Origin: Candidatus Saccharimonadota bacterium
GTDB taxonomy: Bacteria > Patescibacteriota > Microgenomatia > UBA1406 > GWC2-37-13
Reading direction: 5' to 3'
Assembly: GCA_016700135.1 (NCBI GenBank)
Contig: CP065004.1
Span: 270,001 to 302,000 of the forward strand
Length of the DNA stretch: 32,000 bases
Part shown: positions 16,480-23,459 of the stretch, piece by piece
Position numbering within the stretch: position 1 is the stretch's first letter
How the letters are laid out: every line of letters begins with the position of its first letter
Notes under the pieces: model-generated
What the model was told of the DNA's origin: nothing
What the model saw: only the letters and a program-made list of their open reading frames with translations
Databases searched by the model: none
Program-made: the position numbers and the translations under genes

Positions 16480-17049
16480 ATGACTACTGCAAAATCAAAA
16501 CAGCAACGGCTTGATGAACTGGCAAAGCTGATCGGAAAATGCAGTGAATGTAAAAAGGATACCGTCGGAAAGCTTGTTTTCGGAGAAGGCAATCCCGATG
16601 CAGATGTCATGTTTGTGGGAGAGGCTCCGGGGAAGCAGGAAGCGGTAAGCGGAAGGCCCTTTATCGGACGCTCGGGTAAACTTTTGCGCTCCATGATCCG
16701 CAGTATCGGACTTAAAGAACAAAACGTATATATCACCAGTCCCGTAAAGTATCTCCCTAAGAGGGGTACGCCGAGTAAAAAGCAGATAGATCATTCCCGA
16801 GAAAAGTTCATGCAGCAAGTTGCTATCATTGATCCTCAAATCATGGTACTTCTGGGGAAAACTGCCGTTTCAGCCGTGCTCGGAAAAGATATTCCTATCT
16901 TGAAACAGCGCGGAACTGTCATCGAAGAAAATAACCGCCGGATTTTAATCACTCTTCATCCTGCTGCAGTGCTCCGTTTCCCAAATAAGTACCGGGATTT
17001 TTTTACCGATGATTTCCGTAAAATCAAATCCCTGATAAGCACTCCTTGA
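16480..17049 (+). CDS. uracil-DNA glycosylase, family 4-like
   Basis: Motif A is GEGNPDADVMFVGEAPGKQEAVSGRPFIGRSGKLL and motif B is LHPAAVLR. Only two Cys (CSEC) are present. Confidence 0.85.
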   Translation: MTTAKSKQQRLDELAKLIGKCSECKKDTVGKLVFGEGNPDADVMFVGEAPGKQEAVSGRPFIGRSGKLLRSMIRSIGLKEQNVYITSPVKYLPKRGTPSKKQIDHSREKFMQQVAIIDPQIMVLLGKTAVSAVLGKDIPILKQRGTVIEENNRRILITLHPAAVLRFPNKYRDFFTDDFRKIKSLISTP

Positions 17050-17075
17050 CAACTGTTTTTCTTTCTAGGTATTAT
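17046..17075 (+). promoter_or_regulatory. near-consensus sigma70-type promoter (TTGACA-N18-TATTAT)
   Basis: TTGACA at 17046-17051 overlaps the udg stop, and TATTAT lies at 17070-17075. It could drive the small ORF at 17081 and/or the SDR gene at 17302. Confidence 0.45.
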
Positions 17076-17080
17076 GAAGT

Positions 17081-17203
17081 ATGGCATTAACAAAACAACA
17101 AAAAGCGCGCATTCTGAGACATACGGGAGAAATGGCATTTATTGCTGCCGTTATTGTAATCCTGTGGGCTTTGACTTCAATCGCAAAATCACAGGGATTC
17201 TGA
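17081..17203 (+). CDS. candidate 40-aa single-pass membrane protein (below the ORF-track cutoff)
   Basis: Hand translation gives MALTKQQKARILRHTGEMAFIAAVIVILWALTSIAKSQGF*. A basic N-terminus is followed by one clean TM helix. It sits 5 nt after the -10 box, so it may be leaderless. No homology evidence. Confidence 0.3.
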   Translation: MALTKQQKARILRHTGEMAFIAAVIVILWALTSIAKSQGF

Positions 17204-17301
17204 GATCTCAGTTGTCCTGATCTTACCTTATTCTAAAGCGTCTGTTACGGCGTCTTCATTTCTTTGAGATATCCTCTATCTATTGAAAATTCTAATTTCC
17301 T

Positions 17302-18156
17302 ATGGCCAAAAAGAACCAATTTCCGGCCCAGCATCAGGAGCAAAAACCCGGAAGAGAATACAAAATGTCACCCGCTCCGGATTTTGAAAAAGAAGACGTA
17401 CACTGCCGCCGTCTCGAAGGCAAAACGGCAATTATTACCGGCGGTGACAGCGGAATCGGACGTGCCGTGGCAGTTCGGTTTGCTCAGGAGGGTGCCAATG
17501 TCGTAATCGCATATCTTGAAGAGGATACCGATGCCGAAGAAACCCGGAAACAAGTACAGCAGGAAGGAAAACAATGTCTTCTGATAAAAGGAGACTTGAC
17601 AGAACACTCGCTTAGCGAAACGATTGTGAAAAAAGTTTTGGAGGAATTCGGAAGTATTGATATTTTGGTAAATAACGCCGCATATCAGGAAGAGCAAACC
17701 GATTTTTTGAATATCACTCCGGAACAGTGGAAGAAAACGTTTGAAACAAATATATATGCCTATTACTATCTCACACATGCCGCACTGCCTCACATGAAAG
17801 CCGGTGATGCCATCATCAATACTACTTCGGTCACAGCCTATCGCGGCAGTTCACATTTGGTAGATTATTCCTCAACAAAAGGGGCAATCGTTTCCTTTAC
17901 CCGATCTCTTGCTCTCAATCTTGCTCCGAAAAAAATACGCGTAAATGCCGTAGCCCCCGGGCAGATTTGGACCCCGTTTATCCCTTCCACGTTCCCCGCA
18001 GAGCAGGTAAAAACGTTTGGGACTGACGTCCCGCTCGGACGTGCCGGACAACCTGAAGAAGTAGCTCCCGCATTTGCGTTCCTTGCTTCAGACGATGCCA
18101 CCTATATCACCGGACAGGTCATACACCCCAACGGCGGTGAGATCGTGAATGCATAA
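17302..18156 (+). CDS. SDR-family oxidoreductase, YhdF/YghA/YdaD (general stress protein 39)-like
   Basis: The family-specific N-terminus is FPAQHQEQKPGREYKMSPAP. TGGDSGIGRA (TGxxxGIG), NNAA and the Y..STKGA (YxxxK) catalytic motif are present. Confidence 0.9.
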   Translation: MAKKNQFPAQHQEQKPGREYKMSPAPDFEKEDVHCRRLEGKTAIITGGDSGIGRAVAVRFAQEGANVVIAYLEEDTDAEETRKQVQQEGKQCLLIKGDLTEHSLSETIVKKVLEEFGSIDILVNNAAYQEEQTDFLNITPEQWKKTFETNIYAYYYLTHAALPHMKAGDAIINTTSVTAYRGSSHLVDYSSTKGAIVSFTRSLALNLAPKKIRVNAVAPGQIWTPFIPSTFPAEQVKTFGTDVPLGRAGQPEEVAPAFAFLASDDATYITGQVIHPNGGEIVNA

Positions 18157-18158
18157 AA

Positions 18159-18188
18159 AAACCCAAGGTCTTCTCCTTGGGCTTTTTA
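18159..18188 (+). terminator. intrinsic terminator after the SDR gene
   Basis: AAAAAA-CCCAAGG (18162-18168), loop tcttct, CCTTGGG (18175-18181), followed by CTTTTT. Confidence 0.85.
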
Positions 18189-18264
18189 CTACACGTCGTC
18201 CCCTTGACGTTAGTCATATTTTTCTATGAGATACGGAAGTATCCTGAGTGTCTCCGGCGGCAAT

Positions 18265-18438
18265 TTCTTACACTCTTTCCCGTTTCTTACAATTCCTTTG
18301 TTAGAATATAAGCGGTATGTAAGGTGCGATAAAGAATGTTTAAATGCAACCATTTTTATTAAGGAAAATTTATAAGTTATAACCATAATAGATTACACCT
18401 TTAAGGATTGTGGAAATATCTTATTAACAATTTGTAAG
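18265..18438. promoter_or_regulatory. cluster of TTCTTACA / TGTAAG sites upstream of the response-regulator gene (candidate operator region)
   Basis: TTCTTACA at 18265-18272 and 18284-18291. TATAAG-cggta-TGTAAG at 18307-18323. TATTAA-caatt-TGTAAG at 18422-18438. Confidence 0.4.
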
Positions 18439-18451
18439 AGAATAAATACTT

Positions 18452-19150
18452 ATGTCAATGATCTACTCAATACTGATTATCGAAGATGATGAAGGGATTC
18501 GCACATATCTCAAAGAGCTCCTTCTTGATAACGGATTCAATGTACTAACTGCTGAAGACGGAATTACCGGACTGAAAATTATTAAAAAATCAGTGCCGGA
18601 CCTGGTACTTTTGGACCTCGGACTGCCTGATATGAGCGGAGAAAGCATCTGTCAGCAAATTAGAAAAGAGTTTGACGATCTTCGTGTCATCATTTTGACT
18701 GCAAAAGACACACCGCACGACATCATTCAGGGCTTGAATTTAGGTGCTGATGATTACCTCACCAAACCGTTTGTTGCGGATATCCTTCTTGCCCGAATTC
18801 ATGCACGGCTCCGAAGAAAAAGCGGAGATGACTCGAAATTGAAAATAGGGGATCTTGAACTGGACACCAAAACTCTTGAAGTACGACGGGGAGAGAAAAA
18901 GATTCCTCTTACCCCTCAGGAACTCAAACTGCTGCAGTACATGATGCAGAACAAAGGCAGAATTCTCACAAGAGATATGATTCTGAACCGTCTCTGGCTT
19001 TCTGCGGTAGATATCGAAACCCGTATCGTAGATGTCTATATCGGATATCTCAGGAAAAAAATAGATAAAGGATTCGACCAGAAACTTATTCACTCAGTCC
19101 GCGGTTTCGGATACATGATAAAGGAACCGAGTGTTGAGGAATCAGAATAA
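18452..19150 (+). CDS. OmpR/PhoB-family response regulator
   Basis: The receiver domain has IEDD, DLVLLDLGLPDMSG and LTAKD. The winged-helix effector domain has LTPQELKLLQYMM...GRILTRD.IL..LW.......R.VDVYIGYLRKKI and VRGFGY. Confidence 0.92.
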   Translation: MSMIYSILIIEDDEGIRTYLKELLLDNGFNVLTAEDGITGLKIIKKSVPDLVLLDLGLPDMSGESICQQIRKEFDDLRVIILTAKDTPHDIIQGLNLGADDYLTKPFVADILLARIHARLRRKSGDDSKLKIGDLELDTKTLEVRRGEKKIPLTPQELKLLQYMMQNKGRILTRDMILNRLWLSAVDIETRIVDVYIGYLRKKIDKGFDQKLIHSVRGFGYMIKEPSVEESE

Positions 19151-19170
19151 GAAGCGTGACTGTATGATAT

Positions 19171-19250
19171 CACCCACCGGCGGAGAAACAAATCTCCGTT
19201 TCTCCCTCGGTTTCTTCCGTTCCCGGATTTCAGGACGGAACGGGTGGGCA
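19171..19250 (+). other. structured non-coding segment immediately downstream of the regulator gene (nested and alternative hairpins)
   Basis: The outer pairing is CCCACC (19173-19178) with GGTGGG (19243-19248). Two competing hairpins are CGGAGA/TCTCCG (19181-19198) and GGAGAAAC/GTTTCTCC (19182-19205). A further hairpin is CCGTTCC/GGAACGG (19217-19243). Confidence 0.4.
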
Positions 19251-19507
19251 TCTCGGGTAATTTGCTCACTTTTTTGCTCTGCAAACAAAACCGTTTTCAC
19301 GGATGAGTTTTCGATGATATTCAACATAGAAGTATAAATAAATTGACAACTCTCATATACTAGATGCCGATTATGAACGGAATATCTGTGGTTGATCAAA
19401 ATGGTGTAAATCCCTTCTTACAAATCCCTTATTGCTCTCTTATACCGTTCCAATGCTTCAAATATATTATGAGATCATAAACTCATATCAGTTTAACTTT
19501 TATATCT

Positions 19508-19765
19508 ATGGAACTCATGTTATGGATACTCTTAGGAATAACCGCTGGATGGCTTGCATCAATCATTCTGGGCACGCACGCCACACAAGGTCTGGTAACC
19601 GATATTATTTTAGGGACAGTGGGTGCCGTCGTCGGAGGTTTACTGCTCAATCTGATCGGTCAACCGGGAATTATCGGTTTTAATATTTACAGTATTTCCG
19701 TGGCAACGCTCGGAGCTATCGTACTGATCTGGTTTGGAAGAATGATAAATTCACCGGCAAAATAA
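19508..19765 (+). CDS. GlsB/YeaQ/YmgE-family stress membrane protein, paralog 1
   Basis: LWILLGITAGWLASIILG......G...DIILGTVGAVVGG.L.......G....N.YSI.VATLGAIVLIW is the family pattern. Length is 85 aa. Confidence 0.88.
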   Translation: MELMLWILLGITAGWLASIILGTHATQGLVTDIILGTVGAVVGGLLLNLIGQPGIIGFNIYSISVATLGAIVLIWFGRMINSPAK

Positions 19766-19770
19766 TTATT

Positions 19771-19941
19771 ATGGAAAGACGATTACAAATTCATAACACG
19801 CAATATCGCGGCAAGCACGACGTACATCTGCTTTTTGTAATGCTGCTTACGGTGATGGGAGCACTCACATTCCTAACAGTGATAGTACCCGATGGGGATC
19901 TGGCAAGCGATCTGCCATATGAAATCTCCCGTACACCTTGA
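19771..19941 (+). CDS. candidate 56-aa single-pass membrane protein (below the ORF-track cutoff)
   Basis: Hand translation gives MERRLQIHNTQYRGKHDVHLLFVMLLTVMGALTFLTVIVPDGDLASDLPYEISRTP*. It starts 5 nt after the glsB stop and ends 1 nt before the convergent VIT1 stop. No homology evidence. Confidence 0.35.
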   Translation: MERRLQIHNTQYRGKHDVHLLFVMLLTVMGALTFLTVIVPDGDLASDLPYEISRTP

Positions 19942-19942
19942 T

Positions 19943-20686
19943 TTATACTCTGAAGAACGTACCTACCAAATATGCGATCACAGCCGAAACACTCCCTATG
20001 AGCACAATCTCTCCAATAGAGCGGATGGGATTCAGCTTGGTAACCTGCAGTTTGAGAATGCCGAGAAGAAGAAGTGCAATGCCCGTTGCTATGATTGCAA
20101 GTAAAAATGCATAGGGATAGTTGGGATTAATGATGTACGGCAAAAGCGGAATAGCTCCGAAAAACGTAAACGACATAAATGTAGCCAGCCCGGTAAAAAA
20201 GGGATTTTCCTGACGTAAGTCCTCCATCTCAAGCTCATATTTCATCATAAAATTCACCCAATACTGAGGATTGGTGGCATAGATCTCCACAAGCTGTACC
20301 GCATCAGGTTCACTGAAGCCCTGCTGTTTCAGTATCTCAACAGACTCAGCCATTTCCATACGGGGATTGTTCTCAACTTCGTATCGTTCTTTCGCTTCTT
20401 CCTGTGAATACCTATCCTGCTCAGACCGTATCGAAAGGAAGTTCCCCAAGGCCATAGATGAAGCATCTGCAAACAGATTCGCCAGCCCGAAAAGAAGCAC
20501 CGTCATAGCGCCCAATCCGCCGACATGCATACCCGCATTTGCTCCGGCAAATCCGGCCACAACAGCAAAAGTCGTGACAATGCCGTCGACACCTCCATAG
20601 ACAATTTCTTTGAGATATTGAGAAAAAGGGGACATTTTATGTTCTTCCTGAAGATGTTTTTGCAGATCTCTGTTCGTGTATTCCAT
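19943..20686 (-). CDS. VIT1/CCC1-family iron/manganese transporter
   Basis: The signature is YLKEIVYGGVDGIVTTFAVVAGFAGA. A central Glu-rich cytoplasmic metal-binding segment and C-terminal TM helices are present. Confidence 0.88.
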   Translation of the reverse strand: MEYTNRDLQKHLQEEHKMSPFSQYLKEIVYGGVDGIVTTFAVVAGFAGANAGMHVGGLGAMTVLLFGLANLFADASSMALGNFLSIRSEQDRYSQEEAKERYEVENNPRMEMAESVEILKQQGFSEPDAVQLVEIYATNPQYWVNFMMKYELEMEDLRQENPFFTGLATFMSFTFFGAIPLLPYIINPNYPYAFLLAIIATGIALLLLGILKLQVTKLNPIRSIGEIVLIGSVSAVIAYLVGTFFRV

Positions 20687-20692
20687 ACCTCT

Positions 20693-20701
20693 ATTCTAGC
20701 A
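20693..20701 (-). promoter_or_regulatory. extended -10 promoter element (TGcTAGAAT) abutting the VIT1 start codon
   Basis: The minus strand reads TGTGCTAGAAT-agaggt-ATG. Only 6 nt separate the -10 hexamer from the start codon. Confidence 0.4.
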
Positions 20702-20719
20702 CATTTTACGTAATAAACT

Positions 20720-20760
20720 GAAAAAGCCCCACACGCGCGGGATAAACCACACGTGTGAGG
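20720..20760 (-). terminator. intrinsic terminator after the DD-carboxypeptidase gene
   Basis: On the minus strand, CCTCACACG pairs with CGTGTGGGG (9 bp, one G-U) around a 16-nt loop, followed by CTTTTTC. Confidence 0.55.
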
Positions 20761-20776
20761 CAGAAACAAGCAGATA

Positions 20777-21859
20777 TCAATTAAAATATTTCCATGTGGC
20801 ATACTTTGCCTGCAGCTCTTCTTCCGTCACGACGATCGGATCAAGTCCGATTGTTTGTTCATATCCGACATCCAAAAGCTGTGATGCCCACAGATCACGT
20901 TCCAATACATCAGAAGCACCGAGTAAGATCACGGCGATATTTTTACCGCCCCGTTCCGATGCAACCATCGTCGTCACTCCCGCATCTCCGGTATTGCCGA
21001 TTTTAATCCCATATGTTTTCGGGTACACATCCAGAAGTCCGTTCCAGTTATAGAGATCAAACTGTTTATGCTGTTCATTTTCAGCTAAAAATTCATAGTC
21101 CTTAGCTACGATTTCCCGAATAAGAGGGTAATTATTCATTGCATAGTGTGCCAGAAGTGCAAGATCATGTGCGGTACTATAATGATTCGGGTCATCAAAT
21201 CCCTGCGTGTTTGCAAAGCGGGTATTTTCCATTCCGATAAATGCCGCTTTACTGTTCATAGCATCGATAAAAACATCTTCTCCGTATTTTGCATCAATTC
21301 CTTCTTTGATAACCTCAGTTGCGTCGTTTGCGGAGGTGAGAAGCGAAGCATGAAGAAGTTCATCCAATGTCATGGTCTCTCCGGCAACAACCCCTATTTT
21401 GGTAGGTTCAATATCAGCTGCATTTTGAGAAACGATAAATGATTCGTCAGGTGAAGCAAGATCCAAAGCAATAACGGCCGTCATTACCTTCGTGATGGAT
21501 GCAATCGAGTGAGGGATATCCCCGTCTTTTTCGGCGATAATTTCTCCGGTATCAAGATCGACAACTGTGTAGGCATTTGCATTGTCATAATCAGCAGCTG
21601 CGACAGCCTGAGGAATCAGAGAGGTATTCTTTTTCAGTTTGAAGGAATTGACTTTCTGTTCAAGTTTCGGTCTCAAGGTATCGAATACTGAAACTGTTTC
21701 ATGCGTTTCATTTTGAAAAACAGTCGGTTGAAATCCAGCAAGAGATATCAGTTTCATAACGACGACGGCGATCATACCGAAAATAAAGGGACGATAATTT
21801 AGTTTAAGAAAACTTTCCTGATCAACGTTGAAAGAAAGTTTGATATTAGAGAAGTTCAT
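20777..21859 (-). CDS. D-alanyl-D-alanine carboxypeptidase (S11 penicillin-binding protein)
   Basis: SxxK (SITK in HSIASITKVMTA), SxN (TSANDA) and a KTG-like box (KIGNTGDAG) are present, with an N-terminal TM anchor. Confidence 0.88.
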   Translation of the reverse strand: MNFSNIKLSFNVDQESFLKLNYRPFIFGMIAVVVMKLISLAGFQPTVFQNETHETVSVFDTLRPKLEQKVNSFKLKKNTSLIPQAVAAADYDNANAYTVVDLDTGEIIAEKDGDIPHSIASITKVMTAVIALDLASPDESFIVSQNAADIEPTKIGVVAGETMTLDELLHASLLTSANDATEVIKEGIDAKYGEDVFIDAMNSKAAFIGMENTRFANTQGFDDPNHYSTAHDLALLAHYAMNNYPLIREIVAKDYEFLAENEQHKQFDLYNWNGLLDVYPKTYGIKIGNTGDAGVTTMVASERGGKNIAVILLGASDVLERDLWASQLLDVGYEQTIGLDPIVVTEEELQAKYATWKYFN

Positions 21860-23093
21860 AGATTGGTTTTTCTAAAATTCTAATGTCGGCAATTTTATTG
21901 CCGAATTTGGCCTCAATGAGGTCCCAAGTTTCGCGGTTGTTTCCTTCATATCCCAGTGCCCAGATGCCGACTCCCAAAAGCTGCTTATCTTTTGCAAGAT
22001 CGTACTTGGCACCCATAGACCGCACGTCATCGATAAACATCATGCGCCATGTGCCGCTTGCTTCGTTGTAATAGGCTTTCCAGGAGACTTTTCCCAGAGA
22101 GTCCCAGCCGCTCATATCCGCAGCCGTGTTCTTGACATCATCATATGTTGCGATTTTCCCGCGTCTCCCGTACCAGTATGAATACACCGTCTCCGCTTTA
22201 AAGTTCGGTTCATAGACTTCGAAGTTCAGACCGTACCACGGTGTCCCCAGAATGAGTTTATCTGCTGGCATGACTGCAAGGAAGTCATCAACTGCCGTAG
22301 AAATGTCATACCAGTATTCTCCTTCTTTGTGACCTCCCAAAGGAGCGGTCGGCATAGCGACATCAGAGGATGTGATTGCGAAATCATAGCCCATCATGAA
22401 CAATCCATCAGTGACTCGGGCCACATCGCCGATATCCTGTACTTTCGGGTACTTCGCACCTGATGCATATACGGAAACCGTCACCTGCGAAGAAGCAACT
22501 TCCTTATGCATAGCACGGGTCATTCTGTCAGCAAAAATGGTAAACCGATCCCGATAATGATCCCCGGCATCTCCGTCATACTCAATGTCAATATTTATCC
22601 CGTCAATACCGCGCTGTTCCACCAGGCGCACTGATTGAGAAATCGCTCTCTCCTGGGCTTCATCATCGTCCAGAAATGCTTCAATCCCGGTATTGTTCAT
22701 AAGAGTCAGGGTCAGCACAACACGGGTACCGTTGTCATGTGCCTTTTTGAAAATCCGGGTGGCTTCTTCGCTGATAAACGACTGATAACCGGCATCGTCT
22801 TTGATAAGGTTTCCTTCCGGAGACAGCTTCACATCAAAGTATGCAAGAGTTGTGAGTGTGTCGAAGTCAATGTTGTCCGCATTGTGGAAATTCCAAAACG
22901 GTAGGAATCCGAACACTTCATAATGAGTATTTTTCAGCTCATCATCCGATAATGAATGAAGGGGAAAAATAGACGAAGCAATGGGAGAAATAACATTCTT
23001 CTGTATCGGCTGGAAGAAAATGGCAAACATAAATATCGCCCATGCTACTCCGAGTCCGATATAGTTCATGCTTTCAGATATTTTGTTTTTCAT
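21846..23093 (-). CDS. glycoside hydrolase family 18 protein (YaaH/YdhD-like), membrane anchored
   Basis: The GH18 catalytic box is GIDGINIDIEY (DxxDxDxE). It has an N-terminal TM helix. Its 3' end overlaps the carboxypeptidase start by 14 nt. Confidence 0.85.
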   Translation of the reverse strand: MKNKISESMNYIGLGVAWAIFMFAIFFQPIQKNVISPIASSIFPLHSLSDDELKNTHYEVFGFLPFWNFHNADNIDFDTLTTLAYFDVKLSPEGNLIKDDAGYQSFISEEATRIFKKAHDNGTRVVLTLTLMNNTGIEAFLDDDEAQERAISQSVRLVEQRGIDGINIDIEYDGDAGDHYRDRFTIFADRMTRAMHKEVASSQVTVSVYASGAKYPKVQDIGDVARVTDGLFMMGYDFAITSSDVAMPTAPLGGHKEGEYWYDISTAVDDFLAVMPADKLILGTPWYGLNFEVYEPNFKAETVYSYWYGRRGKIATYDDVKNTAADMSGWDSLGKVSWKAYYNEASGTWRMMFIDDVRSMGAKYDLAKDKQLLGVGIWALGYEGNNRETWDLIEAKFGNKIADIRILEKPIYELL

Positions 23094-23296
23094 AAAGAAA
23101 AAAAATTAACAATCACTCATTCATTTACAAATTTCAAAACTTCTCCCACTTCATAACGATAAGAAAACTTGAGTGGGTTTTTTAGTTCCAAAGATTTGGC
23201 AAAAAGTAAATGAAAGATGCAAGCAGATTGTTTTTAAAAGTGTGAGTCAAAAATATACCAACCCTTTCAAAAGATGTCAATGTTCTATGAAGATCA

Positions 23297-23313
23297 TGTA
23301 AAAATACTGTAAG
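23297..23313 (+). promoter_or_regulatory. direct hexamer repeat TGTAAA-aatac-TGTAAG in the GH18/truB divergent spacer
   Basis: It has the same hexamer-N5-hexamer architecture as 26177-26193 and 18307-18323. Confidence 0.35.
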
Positions 23314-23376
23314 CGGATTGACAGGCCGCTATGGACTTCATGTTTGCTTTCATCTTTTTTTATTGTTCAAAAAATT

Positions 23377-23405
23377 CTTACATGCTTTAAATATGCTGTT
23401 ATAAT
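23377..23405 (+). promoter_or_regulatory. sigma70-type promoter for truB (CTTACA-N17-TGtTATAAT)
   Basis: The -35-like CTTACA lies at 23377-23382 after a 17-nt spacer. The extended -10 is TGTTATAAT, with TATAAT at 23400-23405. It sits 54 nt upstream of the truB ATG. Confidence 0.55.
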
Positions 23406-23459
23406 AGTCTTAATCAAAAAATATTCGAAAATTGCCGGTAGCATAAATACTTCTTACAT

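Noticed and set aside
17368-17793. 141-aa minus-strand ORF inside the SDR gene, and the 1336-1701 alternate-frame ORF on the same strand inside bcp
   Set aside because: The first is antisense to a strongly supported CDS, and the second sits in another reading frame of one. Neither has motifs, an RBS or independent intergenic space.
19222-19248. Resemblance of CCCGGATTTCAGGACGGAACGG to the guanidine-III (ykkC-III) riboswitch core
   Set aside because: Only short strings (CCGG, CAGGAC, ACGG) coincide. The pseudoknot pairing is not reproduced, and the downstream gene is not a guanidine exporter or carboxylase.
19142-19399. 85-aa minus-strand ORF and the 19131-19337 / 19432-19683 plus-strand ORFs in the regulator-glsB spacer
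   Set aside because: The translations lack any motif, are rich in Arg, Phe and Ser, have no SD, and overlap either the structured RNA-like segment or the real glsB frame. I treat the region as non-coding.
18338-19494. Sigma-B-like -35 boxes (GTTTAA at about 18338 and about 19489)
   Set aside because: No GGGTAT-like -10 follows at the required 12-15 nt spacing, so these are probably chance AT-rich matches.
23145-23183. Terminator-like hairpin CCCACT...AGTGGG followed by TTTTTT in the GH18/truB divergent spacer
   Set aside because: The stem is only 6 bp with a 21-nt loop, and no upstream gene on that strand needs terminating. It is too weak to report as a feature.
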